A stretch of DNA of 50,095 bases, from the IMG/VR virus record IMGVR_UViG_3300048851_000169, positions 1-50,095 of that record. The stretch is one strand, 5' to 3'. Below the pieces are notes generated by a model. The model did not search any database and was not told the DNA's origin. It saw only the letters and a program-made list of their open reading frames with translations. The DNA comes from a virus. Its lineage: Duplodnaviria; Caudoviricetes. Positions 8,987 through 19,030 of this stretch are shown here, piece by piece (position 1 is the stretch's first letter; each line of letters starts with the position of its first letter). The position numbers and the translations under genes were made by a program.

Positions 8987-9757
8987 TCAGCCCAGGCGGA
9001 CCAAGGTAAAACTGGCCTGACCGAAGCCACCGAACGCTAGATCGGCGCCGCTGTCGTGGTAGACGTACGCCTTTACGGTGTCGCCCTGGCTCAGAAGCGA
9101 AGTGAAGGTCACCGATACAATGTTCTGCACTGCGTTCGGATTGACGACATGCGCAGAGCGGATGATGTCGTTGGTCGCAATGCTCATCTGCCGCAGCTGA
9201 CCGGCAAGGCTGCCGGCACACCGCATCACGAGGGTAATGCTGTAGAGCCCCGCCGCTGGAACGACCATCTGCGACGTGCCACCACCGCTAACTGCGCCGA
9301 GGCTGTTCTGATCCACCTGCGTCCAGCTGAACGCCACACCGGCCCCGCTCGCGATCAGCACCTCGTTCACCCGCGACAGCTGAGTGATCAGTGCCGGTAG
9401 GATTTCAGGAGGCAGCAGCCCGTTGCTATCGAGGAACGCGGTTCGATCCGGCGAGATCACGTTCGTAATCCGCTTGGTCCCGGCAGGCCAGGAGATTGCC
9501 GACGTACCGCCGCTTGAGGTCTTGATGATGCGCGCCCGGCTGATCGTGCTAGGGCTGCCCGCCGTCAGCACGCCCTCGAAGTGCTCCCAGGTGGCGCCAT
9601 CCTCGCTCTCGCAGCGCCAGGTCGAGCGGTCGCCGGAGGCCATGCCGGCGGTAAACGGATCGAGGTATCCGGCCGGCGTGTTACCCAGCGCATAGGTGCC
9701 CGTGCCCGTCGTGGTGGTCAGGCACCGCGCACAGGCGCCGTATTTCAGAACGGCCAT
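8987..9757 (-). CDS. Tail fibre protein with C-terminal C1q/TNF-like domain
   Basis: N-terminal TTTTGTGTYAL...WEHFEG tail motif; C-terminal VPAAGLYSI...LSQGDTVKAYVY...FTLVRL is C1q-like. Confidence 0.65.
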   Translation of the reverse strand: MAVLKYGACARCLTTTTGTGTYALGNTPAGYLDPFTAGMASGDRSTWRCESEDGATWEHFEGVLTAGSPSTISRARIIKTSSGGTSAISWPAGTKRITNVISPDRTAFLDSNGLLPPEILPALITQLSRVNEVLIASGAGVAFSWTQVDQNSLGAVSGGGTSQMVVPAAGLYSITLVMRCAGSLAGQLRQMSIATNDIIRSAHVVNPNAVQNIVSVTFTSLLSQGDTVKAYVYHDSGADLAFGGFGQASFTLVRLG

Positions 9758-10509
9758 CAGCGGTCCTCCTGGATCGAAAGGGTTGCGGTGTGCATCTGCC
9801 CGCCCTGGTTCCACGCCGAGCGCGGCTTGGGCGCTGGGATCGCCGTCAGCTTGCCCAGTACTGCAGTTCTGTCGCCGCGCTCGACGCGCGGAATGGCGAG
9901 GATCTGGCGCTGCGTGCCGGCGTCCAGGCCGATGCCCTCCAACTGGTCCGCGAGCGCTTCCGTCAGGCCCGGCATGGTGAACTGCACCCGCCGCCGGGTC
10001 GGCTCGCCAGCCGCATCGGACACAGCCGGATCGTAGCCGCTTTCCGCCACATAGGACGGCGTGAGCATCGCGTCGCCAATCCACAGCCGCCCGAACTGCA
10101 GGTAGGACTGTGTGCTGATGAGGATGATCTGCACGTACCGCACCTGCAGCGTCGCATCGAGCGTCCAGATCCAGTAGCCAACCGGCATGGCCAGTGGCGC
10201 TGCCAGGAAGCCGAGCCCGCTTGATCCCGCGGCGTTGCCGGAGATCGACACCTCAATGGTGGCGCCGGCCTCCGGCAGCAGCCCGTCACGCGGCGCCTGT
10301 AGCGCGATGACCCGGACGGGCCGGCGCACACCCAGGTCAACCGAGAGCCGGCGCTGCCCCGGCACATCGCCGCTGCCGGTGGTGCGCCACACATCGCCCA
10401 GCACCGGCGTCAGGAGGGAGCGCACGCCGAGGCCCTCCGCCTCGCTGTCAGTATCGATCGACACCCCAGGCTGGTCCGCCCAGCTGGTTCCGCTCACCAA
10501 GCTCGGCAT
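9757..10509 (-). CDS. Minor tail protein
   Basis: 250 aa; RYVQI and YLQFGRLWIG motifs as in siphophage distal tail proteins; coupled to neighbours. Confidence 0.65.
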   Translation of the reverse strand: MPSLVSGTSWADQPGVSIDTDSEAEGLGVRSLLTPVLGDVWRTTGSGDVPGQRRLSVDLGVRRPVRVIALQAPRDGLLPEAGATIEVSISGNAAGSSGLGFLAAPLAMPVGYWIWTLDATLQVRYVQIILISTQSYLQFGRLWIGDAMLTPSYVAESGYDPAVSDAAGEPTRRRVQFTMPGLTEALADQLEGIGLDAGTQRQILAIPRVERGDRTAVLGKLTAIPAPKPRSAWNQGGQMHTATLSIQEDR

Positions 10510-10512
10510 CCC

Positions 10513-12186
10513 TTACCCCCAAACCGTGAGCGTTTTGTCGTCGCCGGCCTCTTCGCTCGCGATGACGATCCAGTTGCGGCCGGCCAGGCGCGGATGATCG
10601 ACCGCGACCACGGCCCCCAGATCCACCAGATGGCCCCAGCGCCCCAGCGACAGGCGCCAGCGACGGCGCCGCACGCCGTGCAGGGCCAGCAGTTCAGCGG
10701 CAAGCGCCTGGGCGTCGGCCTGATCGTCAAAGCCGCTCGGCAGCGGTTCCGCGTCCGTCGCCGAGGGGAAGGCCAGAGTGATCGCCGTATCGAAGGCAAT
10801 GGCCACCTGCTGGGCCGTGCCGTAGGCCGCAACCAGGGCCGGGTCCTCACTGGCAATGCCCGCCAAGTCGGTCGCGCTCTGCACCGTCTCCAGCCGGCGA
10901 TAGGCCACCCGCTGGCGCCAGCGCGGGGCGACACCGCCTTGCTCCGCCGGCTCGGCCTGCAGCATCCAGCGGGCGAAGGTCACCTCGGGACCGACGCTGT
11001 CCGGCTGCCTCAGGCGCCCCGCCACGATGCGGCCAAGCCGGTCGGAGCCCCACCAGCCCGCGCAGGCGGCCATGACTTCATCCAGCGCGGACGCCACAGT
11101 CCCGGAGGACCACAGGAAGCCGGCCGCACCCGCCGGCTGCGCGGTGAACCCGGCTGGCACCAGGCGCTCCTCCAGCTGACCGCCTGGGCCACGCAGCAGG
11201 GCCAGGGCGATGCCGCCATGGCTGGTATCGCCAGCCCCGACCGCATCGACGGTCAGCTGACCCTGCGGCGTGCTGGCTGTGCGGATCAGCCCCTCGGTCA
11301 GGCAAGTCGCGTAGCCGCCAGCGAACAGCGGGGCGCTGCTCAGCGCCGATAAGCTGGGATAGTCCCCGAAGGGTGTCAGCTCGGAACCACGGTCACGCAC
11401 CCCGAAGACGGCGCTCAGCGGCCGTCCGGAGACCTGACGTATTTCCTGATTGGCAAGGAGCGCCACCGGCGGGATCTGCCGCTTCACGCCGTAGAGCATC
11501 GGCCGCAGCTGCCCGGAGAGGTTAGCGTCCCCCTCCAGCCCGCCAGTGCCGGCATAGGGCGTGCTGACCGGCACCTGCAGATCCGAGGCAGCCTCCCTCA
11601 GCCCGATGCGGATCCGGTTGGCATCCGAGAGCGCCGCGCTGGTGATGCGCAGATCCGCGACCCGGCCGAACTCCTGATATCCCGCCCTACGTGGCTGGCG
11701 ATGCGGCCCGCGGCGGATCACTGCCGGCCGACCCGCCATGGTCCAGTCGCCGGCCACTTCGTTCAGCGCACCGTCATCGTTGCGGAGACTGATCTCGCCA
11801 CTCTGAAACGACGCTCGGGCGCTATCCTCCGGAAGCACCCGCATGCTCCGTACCAGGCTGGGCGGCTCCATCAGGCGCGACGGATAGGCGAGGTTGGGCG
11901 CCATCGCGTCCTCCGGCTCACCGATCCAGCCCCGCAGGCTGTAGCGCAGCACCGCTGGCCCCGGCGTTGCCGGCGGCATATCGGGCAGGCCGCCGACCGC
12001 CTCGCCCCCGGGCATGCCGATGGAGCCGATCTCCACCGCCACGGTGGGCGGCGCAGTCCCGAGCTCGACCAGGAACTCGGGCGGCAGGTCCGGCAGATCC
12101 GTCACGGCGAACTGCCCGGGCGCGATGTCCGGGCCGGGCGGAGCGTCACCGGGCGCGGTCAGGCCGGGGATTACGAGGCCGGTCAC
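10513..12186 (-). CDS. Tail tip/hub protein
   Basis: 557 aa immediately downstream of the tape measure (GTGA overlap); YAGTGGLEG...RPMLYG motif. Confidence 0.7.
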   Translation of the reverse strand: MTGLVIPGLTAPGDAPPGPDIAPGQFAVTDLPDLPPEFLVELGTAPPTVAVEIGSIGMPGGEAVGGLPDMPPATPGPAVLRYSLRGWIGEPEDAMAPNLAYPSRLMEPPSLVRSMRVLPEDSARASFQSGEISLRNDDGALNEVAGDWTMAGRPAVIRRGPHRQPRRAGYQEFGRVADLRITSAALSDANRIRIGLREAASDLQVPVSTPYAGTGGLEGDANLSGQLRPMLYGVKRQIPPVALLANQEIRQVSGRPLSAVFGVRDRGSELTPFGDYPSLSALSSAPLFAGGYATCLTEGLIRTASTPQGQLTVDAVGAGDTSHGGIALALLRGPGGQLEERLVPAGFTAQPAGAAGFLWSSGTVASALDEVMAACAGWWGSDRLGRIVAGRLRQPDSVGPEVTFARWMLQAEPAEQGGVAPRWRQRVAYRRLETVQSATDLAGIASEDPALVAAYGTAQQVAIAFDTAITLAFPSATDAEPLPSGFDDQADAQALAAELLALHGVRRRRWRLSLGRWGHLVDLGAVVAVDHPRLAGRNWIVIASEEAGDDKTLTVWG

Positions 12187-15100
12187 CGGGCGGGCACCAT
12201 GGCCATCATGCCCTGCATCTGCATGCGGAGCAGCTGGTTCTCGGCCTTGAGCTCCCTAATCGCATCAACGATCGACGCCGCCGCCGTCTGCTGGATCCGC
12301 TCCATGCTGCTGTTCGTCAGCGTATCCGGCGACACATTGCTGATGCTCTCCGCCACGGCCAGTACGCGCTCCTGCAGAGCGGCGTACCCCGGGCCGCTGG
12401 CGTAGTAGTCGCGCGCCGTGCCCAGTAAGCCGCTGGCCACAGGCGTGAAGTCGCTGACAGCGTCGAAGTCGCCATTTTGAGCCCGAATAGCCAGGGCATC
12501 GAACCGCTGCGTGGCCAGCGATAGCTTGGACTCCGGTGACAGCACGGACTGGTCTCCCAGCTGCAGCTGCTGGATGAAGTCCGTGATGCCGCCGAGCGTA
12601 CCGGCGACATTCTGCTCAGCCGAAGCGCGCTGCGCCTTCGCCTGCTCCCCATAGTCCTTTTCGATCTTCAGCCGCTCGGCAGCCTGTGCCTGAGCCAGCA
12701 GGGTCAGGTCGGTAATGCCGTCCTTCTGCGCCTGCTGAAATTCAAGCAACGCCCGGCGGTTGTAGTCCCACATCGCCTCTTCCAGCGTCGTCTCGTGCAG
12801 GCTGGCGCCGCGCATTCGGTCATAGAGCGAGTTGGCGCTGGTCGCCCGGGTCGTGGCGTCCTGATCGACAATCGACTGGCGCTGCAGGTCGCGAAGAGTG
12901 TCGAAGGACCGCCGCGCCACTTCCACCTGCACCTGGTCAAAGCCCTGATCCAGGATGCTGGCCGTTAACGCCTTCCAGTCGGTCAAACGCTGCGCATCGA
13001 AGGCGTCCAGCTGTGGCCCCAGCATGTTCCCGCCGCGCAGGGCACTGGCGCTGAGGTCCATGTTCTGGATGGTGCTGTTGAACGACGAGGCGCGCGCCTC
13101 GTTCAGGTCCTGCATGCTCTTGGCCAGGGCGGCAGTTACCGGTTCCAGCGCAAGGCCCAGAGAAGCCGCCTTGTCCGCAGTCTCCTCCGACTTCGCGTTC
13201 AACTCATCGAGGGCACGCGTGTACGAGTTGACCTTGGTCGGGTCCAGCTCCTCGGTCAGGCCCTTGTAAGTGGTCTTGTACCATTCAAGGTTCGCGAATG
13301 TGGTGTCCGGGTCATCGACGCCGCCACGCTGGATCACAGAGCGGATATTCGCATCCGTGGTCTGCTCGGCCGCCTGCATCAGAATGCGCTGTGTGAAGGC
13401 TCGGGTAACCGCGGTCACCCCCTCCTCGTCCATCTCCCCATGCAGCTGATCGGTGCCGAAGAAGACATTCAGCCCGTCGCGCGCGCCGGCCTGCACCCGA
13501 TAAGCCGTCTCCACCCGGTCGTTGGGGACCGAGGTCACCTTGGCGACGTTGTCGGCCACCTTCATCAGCTGCTCGCCAATGGAACGGGCCTGAGCCCGCG
13601 TCTCGGCGCTGTAGCGGTCGCCCTCCAGGCCGCCGATCAGCGGGTTGGTCGGGTCGTTGGTGTAGAAGGTGGCCGTTCCGGTCCTGTCGCTCGGCTTCTG
13701 CCCCGGGAGCAGGGCGCCCAGCACCATCAGGGCGGCAGCGGCGATCCAGCCGTAGACCGGGACCGCAGCGCCAGCCATGGCGGCAGCGGACAGCCCGGCC
13801 GTCGCCGCACCGCCGGCAGCCGAGGTGTAGCCGCCTACGCCGCCGCGTTGGATGCCGGCATAGGCACCATAGAGGCCGCCAGCGATGCCAATGGCGCCCA
13901 TAGCGGCACCGCCGTAGGTGAGGCCTCCGACGCCACCTAGCCCCGTCCCATTGGTCGCGCCATACCCATATCCGAGCGAATTGGCAGTACCAGCAGATGT
14001 CGCGCTGCCAGCCATATCAATCGACGACTGTGCGATGGAGCCGTAGCCGGCGGCGTTCGTGACGGCGCCTGTGGCGTTGATGCCGCCGCTGGCACCCCAT
14101 ATCGGGGTATTCAGCGCCGTGTCGAGACCGCCCCATCCGGTCGCAAAGCTGCTCGACCCGTTGATGTAGCTGGTGGGGTTGATTCCGCTGAGCTTGTTGT
14201 ACGCCGAGTAGGCCTGCGCGCCCTGCTGGACATAGCCGACGAGGTTGCCCTTGCCATCCGTTACCGCCGGAGCTCCCGATCCGGACATGACGGTTGACAC
14301 GCCGCCCAGCGTGGCCCTTGTGCCCCCGAAGGTGGCGTTCAGAACCGGATTGATGAGAGCCAACTGCGCGGCCTGAGAGGCAGCCGCCGCCATCACCGAA
14401 CGCCAGATAGCCCCGAACTTGATCGTCCTGGCCTCGCCTGTGGCCAGTGCCGAAACCAGCGCATTCTGGATCGTGTCGGCCGTCTGGCTGGCGAAGTTCT
14501 CGACCGCTGACCAGCTGTTCTTGAGCTGCTGCGTCTCCCGGTTGGCATCCGCCGTCTGCCGCGCCAGCTGCTCGGCACGCTGGATGACGTCTTCACTGGC
14601 ACCACCGGGCCGGCTCTCCAGATCCTTCCGAGCCTTGTAGGCGGCAAGCTCGCGCTCTCGCACATCAGCCGTAGCACTGATCAGGTCACGCTCTTTGGCC
14701 AGATAGGCGAGATTAGCTTCGGAACTGGCGCTGGCGGCCAGAGTCGCATTGTCGTTGGCGACCCGCTGCTGGCGAAGCAAGGCATCTGTCACCGCTTCTT
14801 CGGCGGCCTTGCGCTCGTCGGCATTCTTGATGCCGCCGGCGCGCACCATCTCGTGCGCCTTCTCGGCAGCCATGGCGCGAGCTACCGCCTGCTCGCCTCG
14901 GCCATACGCCGCGCCGATGCGCTCCTGACTGGCGGTCTGGCGATCAATCTCCGCTGTAGCGCCAGTCAGAGCTGCGCGCAGCTCGCGCAGCTTATTGCTG
15001 CGCACTTCCTCCAGCTGTCCGGCGCTGGGCGTCTCACCAACGCGCCTCAATTGCTCCGTGTAGCTGCGCACTGCCTCGTTGACGGCTCGCTGCACCGGGT

Positions 15101-17291
15101 CCAGTTGCTCGGCCGACTGAATGGCCTCTTGCTGGGTGCGCACGAAGTCTGCATGTGGCCCTCTCAACCCTTCCATCTCGCCACGCAGGCGACGCGTCCC
15201 GGCGACCAGGACGTCCAGGTTGGCGGCGTCCAGGCCGGGGATCTGTTGTGCCGCACTGATCTGCTGCAGTGCCCGGTTGATGCCGGTGACCTGGGTCTCG
15301 CGCGTGGAATTGGGCGGGTAGGGCGGATCCTTCCCGTCCGCCAAGCGCAGCGCCTTATCGAGCGTGTTGTCGACGGGAGCCTCGACGCTGACAGTCGGCA
15401 GCACGATGCTGCCGTTGCCGCCGGTCACCTCGACCTTTGCGGCTTGAACTGCAAGCCCGCGTCCCTCGTAGCCCTCAAGCACGCGCTCAGCGTAGCGGCC
15501 GCCTAGCGCCGGGCTGCCCAAGCCTTCCCGGTTGGGCCCGGCGTTGTAGGCAGCGATCGCGCGCGGCAGGTCGTTCGGAAAGCGCTGGATCAGCTCGGCA
15601 AGGTACCGGGCCGACGCCTGGATATTCGCGCTATCGCTAGTGATGCCGCCCTGAATGCCGTAGCGCGAGGCCACCTCGTCAAAGGTGCCCGGCAGCATTT
15701 GCATCGGACCAACAGCGCCAGCGCTGCTGGTCCGCCAGGACCCATCGCGATTGCGAACGCCTTCCTGGCCATAGACACGCGCCAGCAGGTCAACATCGAC
15801 GCCAGAGGCAGCGGAGGCCGCGGCGAAGCTGGAGCGAAGATCCGACGGCACGCTCCACGGCACGCTAATGCGACCGATCGCCACCGCGTCCGGGGTTGCT
15901 GGACCATACACCCCCTGCCCCAGCTGCCCCAGAGCCCTGGCGGTGGCCCCTTCCTGCCCAAAACCCAGGGTGCGCCGTGCCGCGATACCAGCTTCGACCG
16001 GGCCAGCATTGGCAACATCAGCAAAGGCCTGAAAGCCAGGGATTTGGCTCACGATGCCCCAAAGCCGCTCGGCGACGCCCAGCAGAGCGGTCAGGTCCTT
16101 CAGCGCCCCGCCAGCAGCGCCGGCCAGGCCGGTGCCGATGACGTCAACGAAACCCTGCCAGCTGGCGTTCAGATCCCGCATAGACTTGGTGAGCGGGTCA
16201 ACGTCCTTGGCTGCACCGCGGGCGCGATCCATTGCCCGCCCCAGCACCAGCTCAAAAGCTGCCGCCTTCTCTCCGCCCGTGGCCATGGCGGCCGCCGTCA
16301 CCCGCAACTGCTCAGTCATACCCGGGAAGCCCCGGGATGCGAGCTGCTCCACCAGAGCAGCCGGGTCCCTCATGGCGTTGCCGAGATCGGCCGAAGCACT
16401 CGCCAAGTCAGTGCGCAGCACCACCGCTAGGTCCGCCGCATCCTTGGTCAGTTGCTCGAAGTCGAGCCCGCCGATACCTGCCCTGCCGGCGGGCTGCCGC
16501 AGCTGAACCTGTGACGACCGGGCGTCGTTGCGGCCGATGCCCTGGCCCGAGGCCTGGATGCGGCGCGCGCTGCGCTCCACCTCCTCCGCCATAGCGGCAT
16601 AGTCGCCGGAGACGCCGCGCAATTGACCACGCAGGCTTGCAAGGGTCGCTTCCTGGCCGATGCTGGCGGCGGCCATGGCGCCCAAAGCAGCAACGCCCAG
16701 TCCGATCGCTAGGCGCGCCGGCGTGAAGGCCTGGCCCAGCAACTTCCACGCATTGCTGACACCCCCAACCGCACTGACGGCTTGCGGCCCCTGCTGCGCC
16801 ATGACGAGGAGCGGGCTCTGGCCGCCAGCCAGTGATACTCCTACGTCCTGGATCTGCGCGAATAGGTTGGTCCACTGGTATCCTTGGAGCTTAAGAGAGG
16901 CGCTGGCAGCATCCGACGAATGCGTGCCAGCATCTTGCGCGTCACGCAGCGCCTTAACCCGCACCTCCGCCTGCCGCACCCGATCGGACAGCGCCTCAAT
17001 GGCGCGCACCTTCTGCGCGTCGCTGACATCCGGCGACGATGCCAGCGCCCGCCGCGCCGTCTCCAGATCCCGAGTTGCCTTGGCCAGCTTGTTCTCCGCC
17101 TGGGTGACGATGTCGGCTTGGTTGACCCAGGTCTGAGCTGTCCGGGTGGTGCGACGAACCCGCTCCTCGTTGGCCTCGATCGCATTGCCCAGATTGGTCA
17201 TGGAGCGCGTCGCGGCATCCGCGCCGGCGCTCATCTGGTTGTCGAAGCGCGAGGTGAAGACAGCTTCGGTCACGGAATCGATCGTGGCCAT
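12183..17291 (-). CDS. Tail tape measure protein with lytic transglycosylase (SLT) domain
   Basis: About 1700 aa, Ala-rich helical; QIQDVGVSLAGGQSPLLVMAQQGPQ (lambda-family TMP N-terminal motif); SLT motifs QEG, SSAGAVGPMQMLPGT and AAYNAGP. Confidence 0.93.
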   Translation of the reverse strand: MATIDSVTEAVFTSRFDNQMSAGADAATRSMTNLGNAIEANEERVRRTTRTAQTWVNQADIVTQAENKLAKATRDLETARRALASSPDVSDAQKVRAIEALSDRVRQAEVRVKALRDAQDAGTHSSDAASASLKLQGYQWTNLFAQIQDVGVSLAGGQSPLLVMAQQGPQAVSAVGGVSNAWKLLGQAFTPARLAIGLGVAALGAMAAASIGQEATLASLRGQLRGVSGDYAAMAEEVERSARRIQASGQGIGRNDARSSQVQLRQPAGRAGIGGLDFEQLTKDAADLAVVLRTDLASASADLGNAMRDPAALVEQLASRGFPGMTEQLRVTAAAMATGGEKAAAFELVLGRAMDRARGAAKDVDPLTKSMRDLNASWQGFVDVIGTGLAGAAGGALKDLTALLGVAERLWGIVSQIPGFQAFADVANAGPVEAGIAARRTLGFGQEGATARALGQLGQGVYGPATPDAVAIGRISVPWSVPSDLRSSFAAASAASGVDVDLLARVYGQEGVRNRDGSWRTSSAGAVGPMQMLPGTFDEVASRYGIQGGITSDSANIQASARYLAELIQRFPNDLPRAIAAYNAGPNREGLGSPALGGRYAERVLEGYEGRGLAVQAAKVEVTGGNGSIVLPTVSVEAPVDNTLDKALRLADGKDPPYPPNSTRETQVTGINRALQQISAAQQIPGLDAANLDVLVAGTRRLRGEMEGLRGPHADFVRTQQEAIQSAEQLDPVQRAVNEAVRSYTEQLRRVGETPSAGQLEEVRSNKLRELRAALTGATAEIDRQTASQERIGAAYGRGEQAVARAMAAEKAHEMVRAGGIKNADERKAAEEAVTDALLRQQRVANDNATLAASASSEANLAYLAKERDLISATADVRERELAAYKARKDLESRPGGASEDVIQRAEQLARQTADANRETQQLKNSWSAVENFASQTADTIQNALVSALATGEARTIKFGAIWRSVMAAAASQAAQLALINPVLNATFGGTRATLGGVSTVMSGSGAPAVTDGKGNLVGYVQQGAQAYSAYNKLSGINPTSYINGSSSFATGWGGLDTALNTPIWGASGGINATGAVTNAAGYGSIAQSSIDMAGSATSAGTANSLGYGYGATNGTGLGGVGGLTYGGAAMGAIGIAGGLYGAYAGIQRGGVGGYTSAAGGAATAGLSAAAMAGAAVPVYGWIAAAALMVLGALLPGQKPSDRTGTATFYTNDPTNPLIGGLEGDRYSAETRAQARSIGEQLMKVADNVAKVTSVPNDRVETAYRVQAGARDGLNVFFGTDQLHGEMDEEGVTAVTRAFTQRILMQAAEQTTDANIRSVIQRGGVDDPDTTFANLEWYKTTYKGLTEELDPTKVNSYTRALDELNAKSEETADKAASLGLALEPVTAALAKSMQDLNEARASSFNSTIQNMDLSASALRGGNMLGPQLDAFDAQRLTDWKALTASILDQGFDQVQVEVARRSFDTLRDLQRQSIVDQDATTRATSANSLYDRMRGASLHETTLEEAMWDYNRRALLEFQQAQKDGITDLTLLAQAQAAERLKIEKDYGEQAKAQRASAEQNVAGTLGGITDFIQQLQLGDQSVLSPESKLSLATQRFDALAIRAQNGDFDAVSDFTPVASGLLGTARDYYASGPGYAALQERVLAVAESISNVSPDTLTNSSMERIQQTAAASIVDAIRELKAENQLLRMQMQGMMAMVPAR

Positions 17292-17309
17292 GCGGCGCCT
17301 CCCCAATAG

Positions 17310-17336
17310 AAAAGGGCGCCCCGGAGAGGACGCCCT
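17310..17336 (-). terminator. Intrinsic terminator-like hairpin just upstream of the tape measure gene
   Basis: Minus strand AGGGCGTCC-loop-GGGCGCCCTTTT. Confidence 0.5.
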
Positions 17337-17379
17337 GTATGTCGCTGATATTGAACGGCACAGAGTTGCGCCGCGGCAG

Positions 17380-17559
17380 TTAGCCCTGGCGGGCGTGCGT
17401 CACCATAAGTTCGCCGATGAGAGCCAGGACAAAGGCTTCCTTTTCGCGCGCACCGCCGAGCGAGGTGTAACGGTCAAAAAGAAGCTGGACCTTGGAAGCG
17501 TTCGCCCGGCTATCATTAACCGTAATCGCTATCTCATTCCCGTAAGGCTGGATGTTCAT
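17380..17559 (-). CDS. Small hypothetical protein (59 aa, not in ORF track)
   Basis: Translated by hand: MNIQPYGNEIAITVNDSRANASKVQLLFDRYTSLGGAREKEAFVLALIGELMVTHARQG; fills the gap and ends before the terminator. Confidence 0.4.
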   Translation of the reverse strand: MNIQPYGNEIAITVNDSRANASKVQLLFDRYTSLGGAREKEAFVLALIGELMVTHARQG

Positions 17560-18196
17560 GGCTCAAATCTCGCTACAGTGTCCACATTGCTTCGTTTCAC
17601 AGGCCGCAATGACGGTGACCGGACATTACCGAAAAAAGAAAGAAGTAAATCTGTATGTGGCCTTGCTTAGGTGCGAAGTTTGCAAGTCCGGCACAACAGC
17701 AGAGTTTCTCGATCAGCACTTCGATTATTGGGTCCAAGGGGCAATCGATCGCACACCCACTTTGGTGGCCTCTTGGCCGACCCCAAGCCGTCCTGATGCA
17801 CCCCAGTACCTACCTGACAATATCCGGCTCTTCTACGTGCAGGGCGTCGAAGCCTTACAACGCCGCAGCTACGATGCAGCAGGTCCCATGTTTCGCCGAT
17901 GTCTGGATGTCAGCCTGAAGATTATCCATTCGGAGGCAAATCCAAGAGAGAGCATCTTTAAGCGCATCGAAGGCCTTCCTTTGGAGCTGGGCGTTACTCC
18001 TGCCATGAAGAGTTGGGCTCATCAGATTAGGGAACTCGGAAACGACGCTGCACATGAAGATGAACCCGTGCAGGAAGCAGATGCCAAGGCGCTCAAGTCA
18101 TTTACCGAGATGTTCCTGACCTACCTGTTCACGCTGCCCACAATGCTGGAACTCAGAAAAACAGAAGCAAGCAAAGCTGCTGCGTTGGGCTCTTGA
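17558..18196 (+). CDS. DUF4145 (HEPN-superfamily) protein with N-terminal Zn ribbon
   Basis: CPHC...CEVC, AAGPMFRRCLD and RELGNDAAH motifs; lower GC; opposite strand to the late operon. Confidence 0.85.
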   Translation: MAQISLQCPHCFVSQAAMTVTGHYRKKKEVNLYVALLRCEVCKSGTTAEFLDQHFDYWVQGAIDRTPTLVASWPTPSRPDAPQYLPDNIRLFYVQGVEALQRRSYDAAGPMFRRCLDVSLKIIHSEANPRESIFKRIEGLPLELGVTPAMKSWAHQIRELGNDAAHEDEPVQEADAKALKSFTEMFLTYLFTLPTMLELRKTEASKAAALGS

Positions 18197-18200
18197 GAAT

Positions 18201-18223
18201 GGGGGTACCGCGACGGTACCCCC
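18201..18223. terminator. Perfect hairpin between convergent genes
   Basis: GGGGGTACCG-CGA-CGGTACCCCC, 10-bp stem. Confidence 0.55.
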
Positions 18224-18236
18224 CCCCGGCCCCAGG

Positions 18237-18602
18237 CTACAAGTCTCTGTAGAGCGCCCGCCGATCCCGAATGTGCAGCCAGCCAGCCACCTGCGCCACC
18301 ACCACGTCCTCGAACTCCCGCGGTGTCAGCCGCCGCAGGGTCTGCGGCCGCTGCCCGTCCTTCCAGCAGAAGATGCCGGGATCGCGGAAGGTCATCGTGC
18401 TCCCGCACCGCCAGAGCCCGTAGTGCTCGCCGGGGAAGGCCAGCACATACAGATCGTCGGCGGCGAACCGATGACAGGGCACCGTGAACAACCGGTCACC
18501 GCGGCGCAGGCCGGGATGGCTATCGTCCGGCACTTCCATTTGGCCGACGCCGGCCATCAGGGAGATGGGCGGCAGTTCGACGAGCATTGCGGAAACGGCC
18601 AT
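18237..18602 (-). CDS. Hypothetical protein (S24/S26-like beta-ribbon fragment possible)
   Basis: DDSHPGLRRGDRL...DDLYVL...VVAQV pattern; coupled to the upstream gene. Confidence 0.55.
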   Translation of the reverse strand: MAVSAMLVELPPISLMAGVGQMEVPDDSHPGLRRGDRLFTVPCHRFAADDLYVLAFPGEHYGLWRCGSTMTFRDPGIFCWKDGQRPQTLRRLTPREFEDVVVAQVAGWLHIRDRRALYRDL

Positions 18603-19030
18603 CAGATGACACCTCCCGACAGTCGCGCAATGTCCTGGCAGAGAGACAGCATCAGCCGCTCCTGCGCGTTGGCGAAGGTCGGCAACGTGCCGCCCCTGTC
18701 CACCAGCATTGCCCGGATGGCGTCCGCCTTCGCGCGGATGCCGTCCTGCGTCTGCGCCCGGGTGGCTGACGCCTCATTGAGAGATCGTGCCCAATCCCGC
18801 GGCGCCAGCAATTCGGCCAGCGTCTGTCCGTGGGGCTGCTCCACGTTCATGTCCGCATCCCAGAGCCGCTGCGCCTGATCGAGCAGACTCAGCAGCGTCG
18901 CATCAGGATGGGCGTCCCGCCCGATATCCGTACACCCGTAGACCAGCCCGGCGGTAGCAGCGATCCCAGCAAGGTGGCCCATGAAGCTGCGGCGGGAAGG
19001 TTCCTCGGGGGTGGGGAGGATGGCTTCCAT
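18602..19030 (-). CDS. Hypothetical helical protein with twin-arginine-like N-terminus
   Basis: SRRSFMGHLAGIAA; HPDATLL...AQTQDGIRAKA...LSLCQDI; start overlaps the ant stop (TAATG). Confidence 0.65.
   Translation of the reverse strand: MEAILPTPEEPSRRSFMGHLAGIAATAGLVYGCTDIGRDAHPDATLLSLLDQAQRLWDADMNVEQPHGQTLAELLAPRDWARSLNEASATRAQTQDGIRAKADAIRAMLVDRGGTLPTFANAQERLMLSLCQDIARLSGGVI

Noticed and set aside
5510-9757. Diversity-generating retroelement or invertible tail-fibre switch
   Set aside because: No reverse transcriptase or invertase ORF and no TR/VR duplicate noticed.
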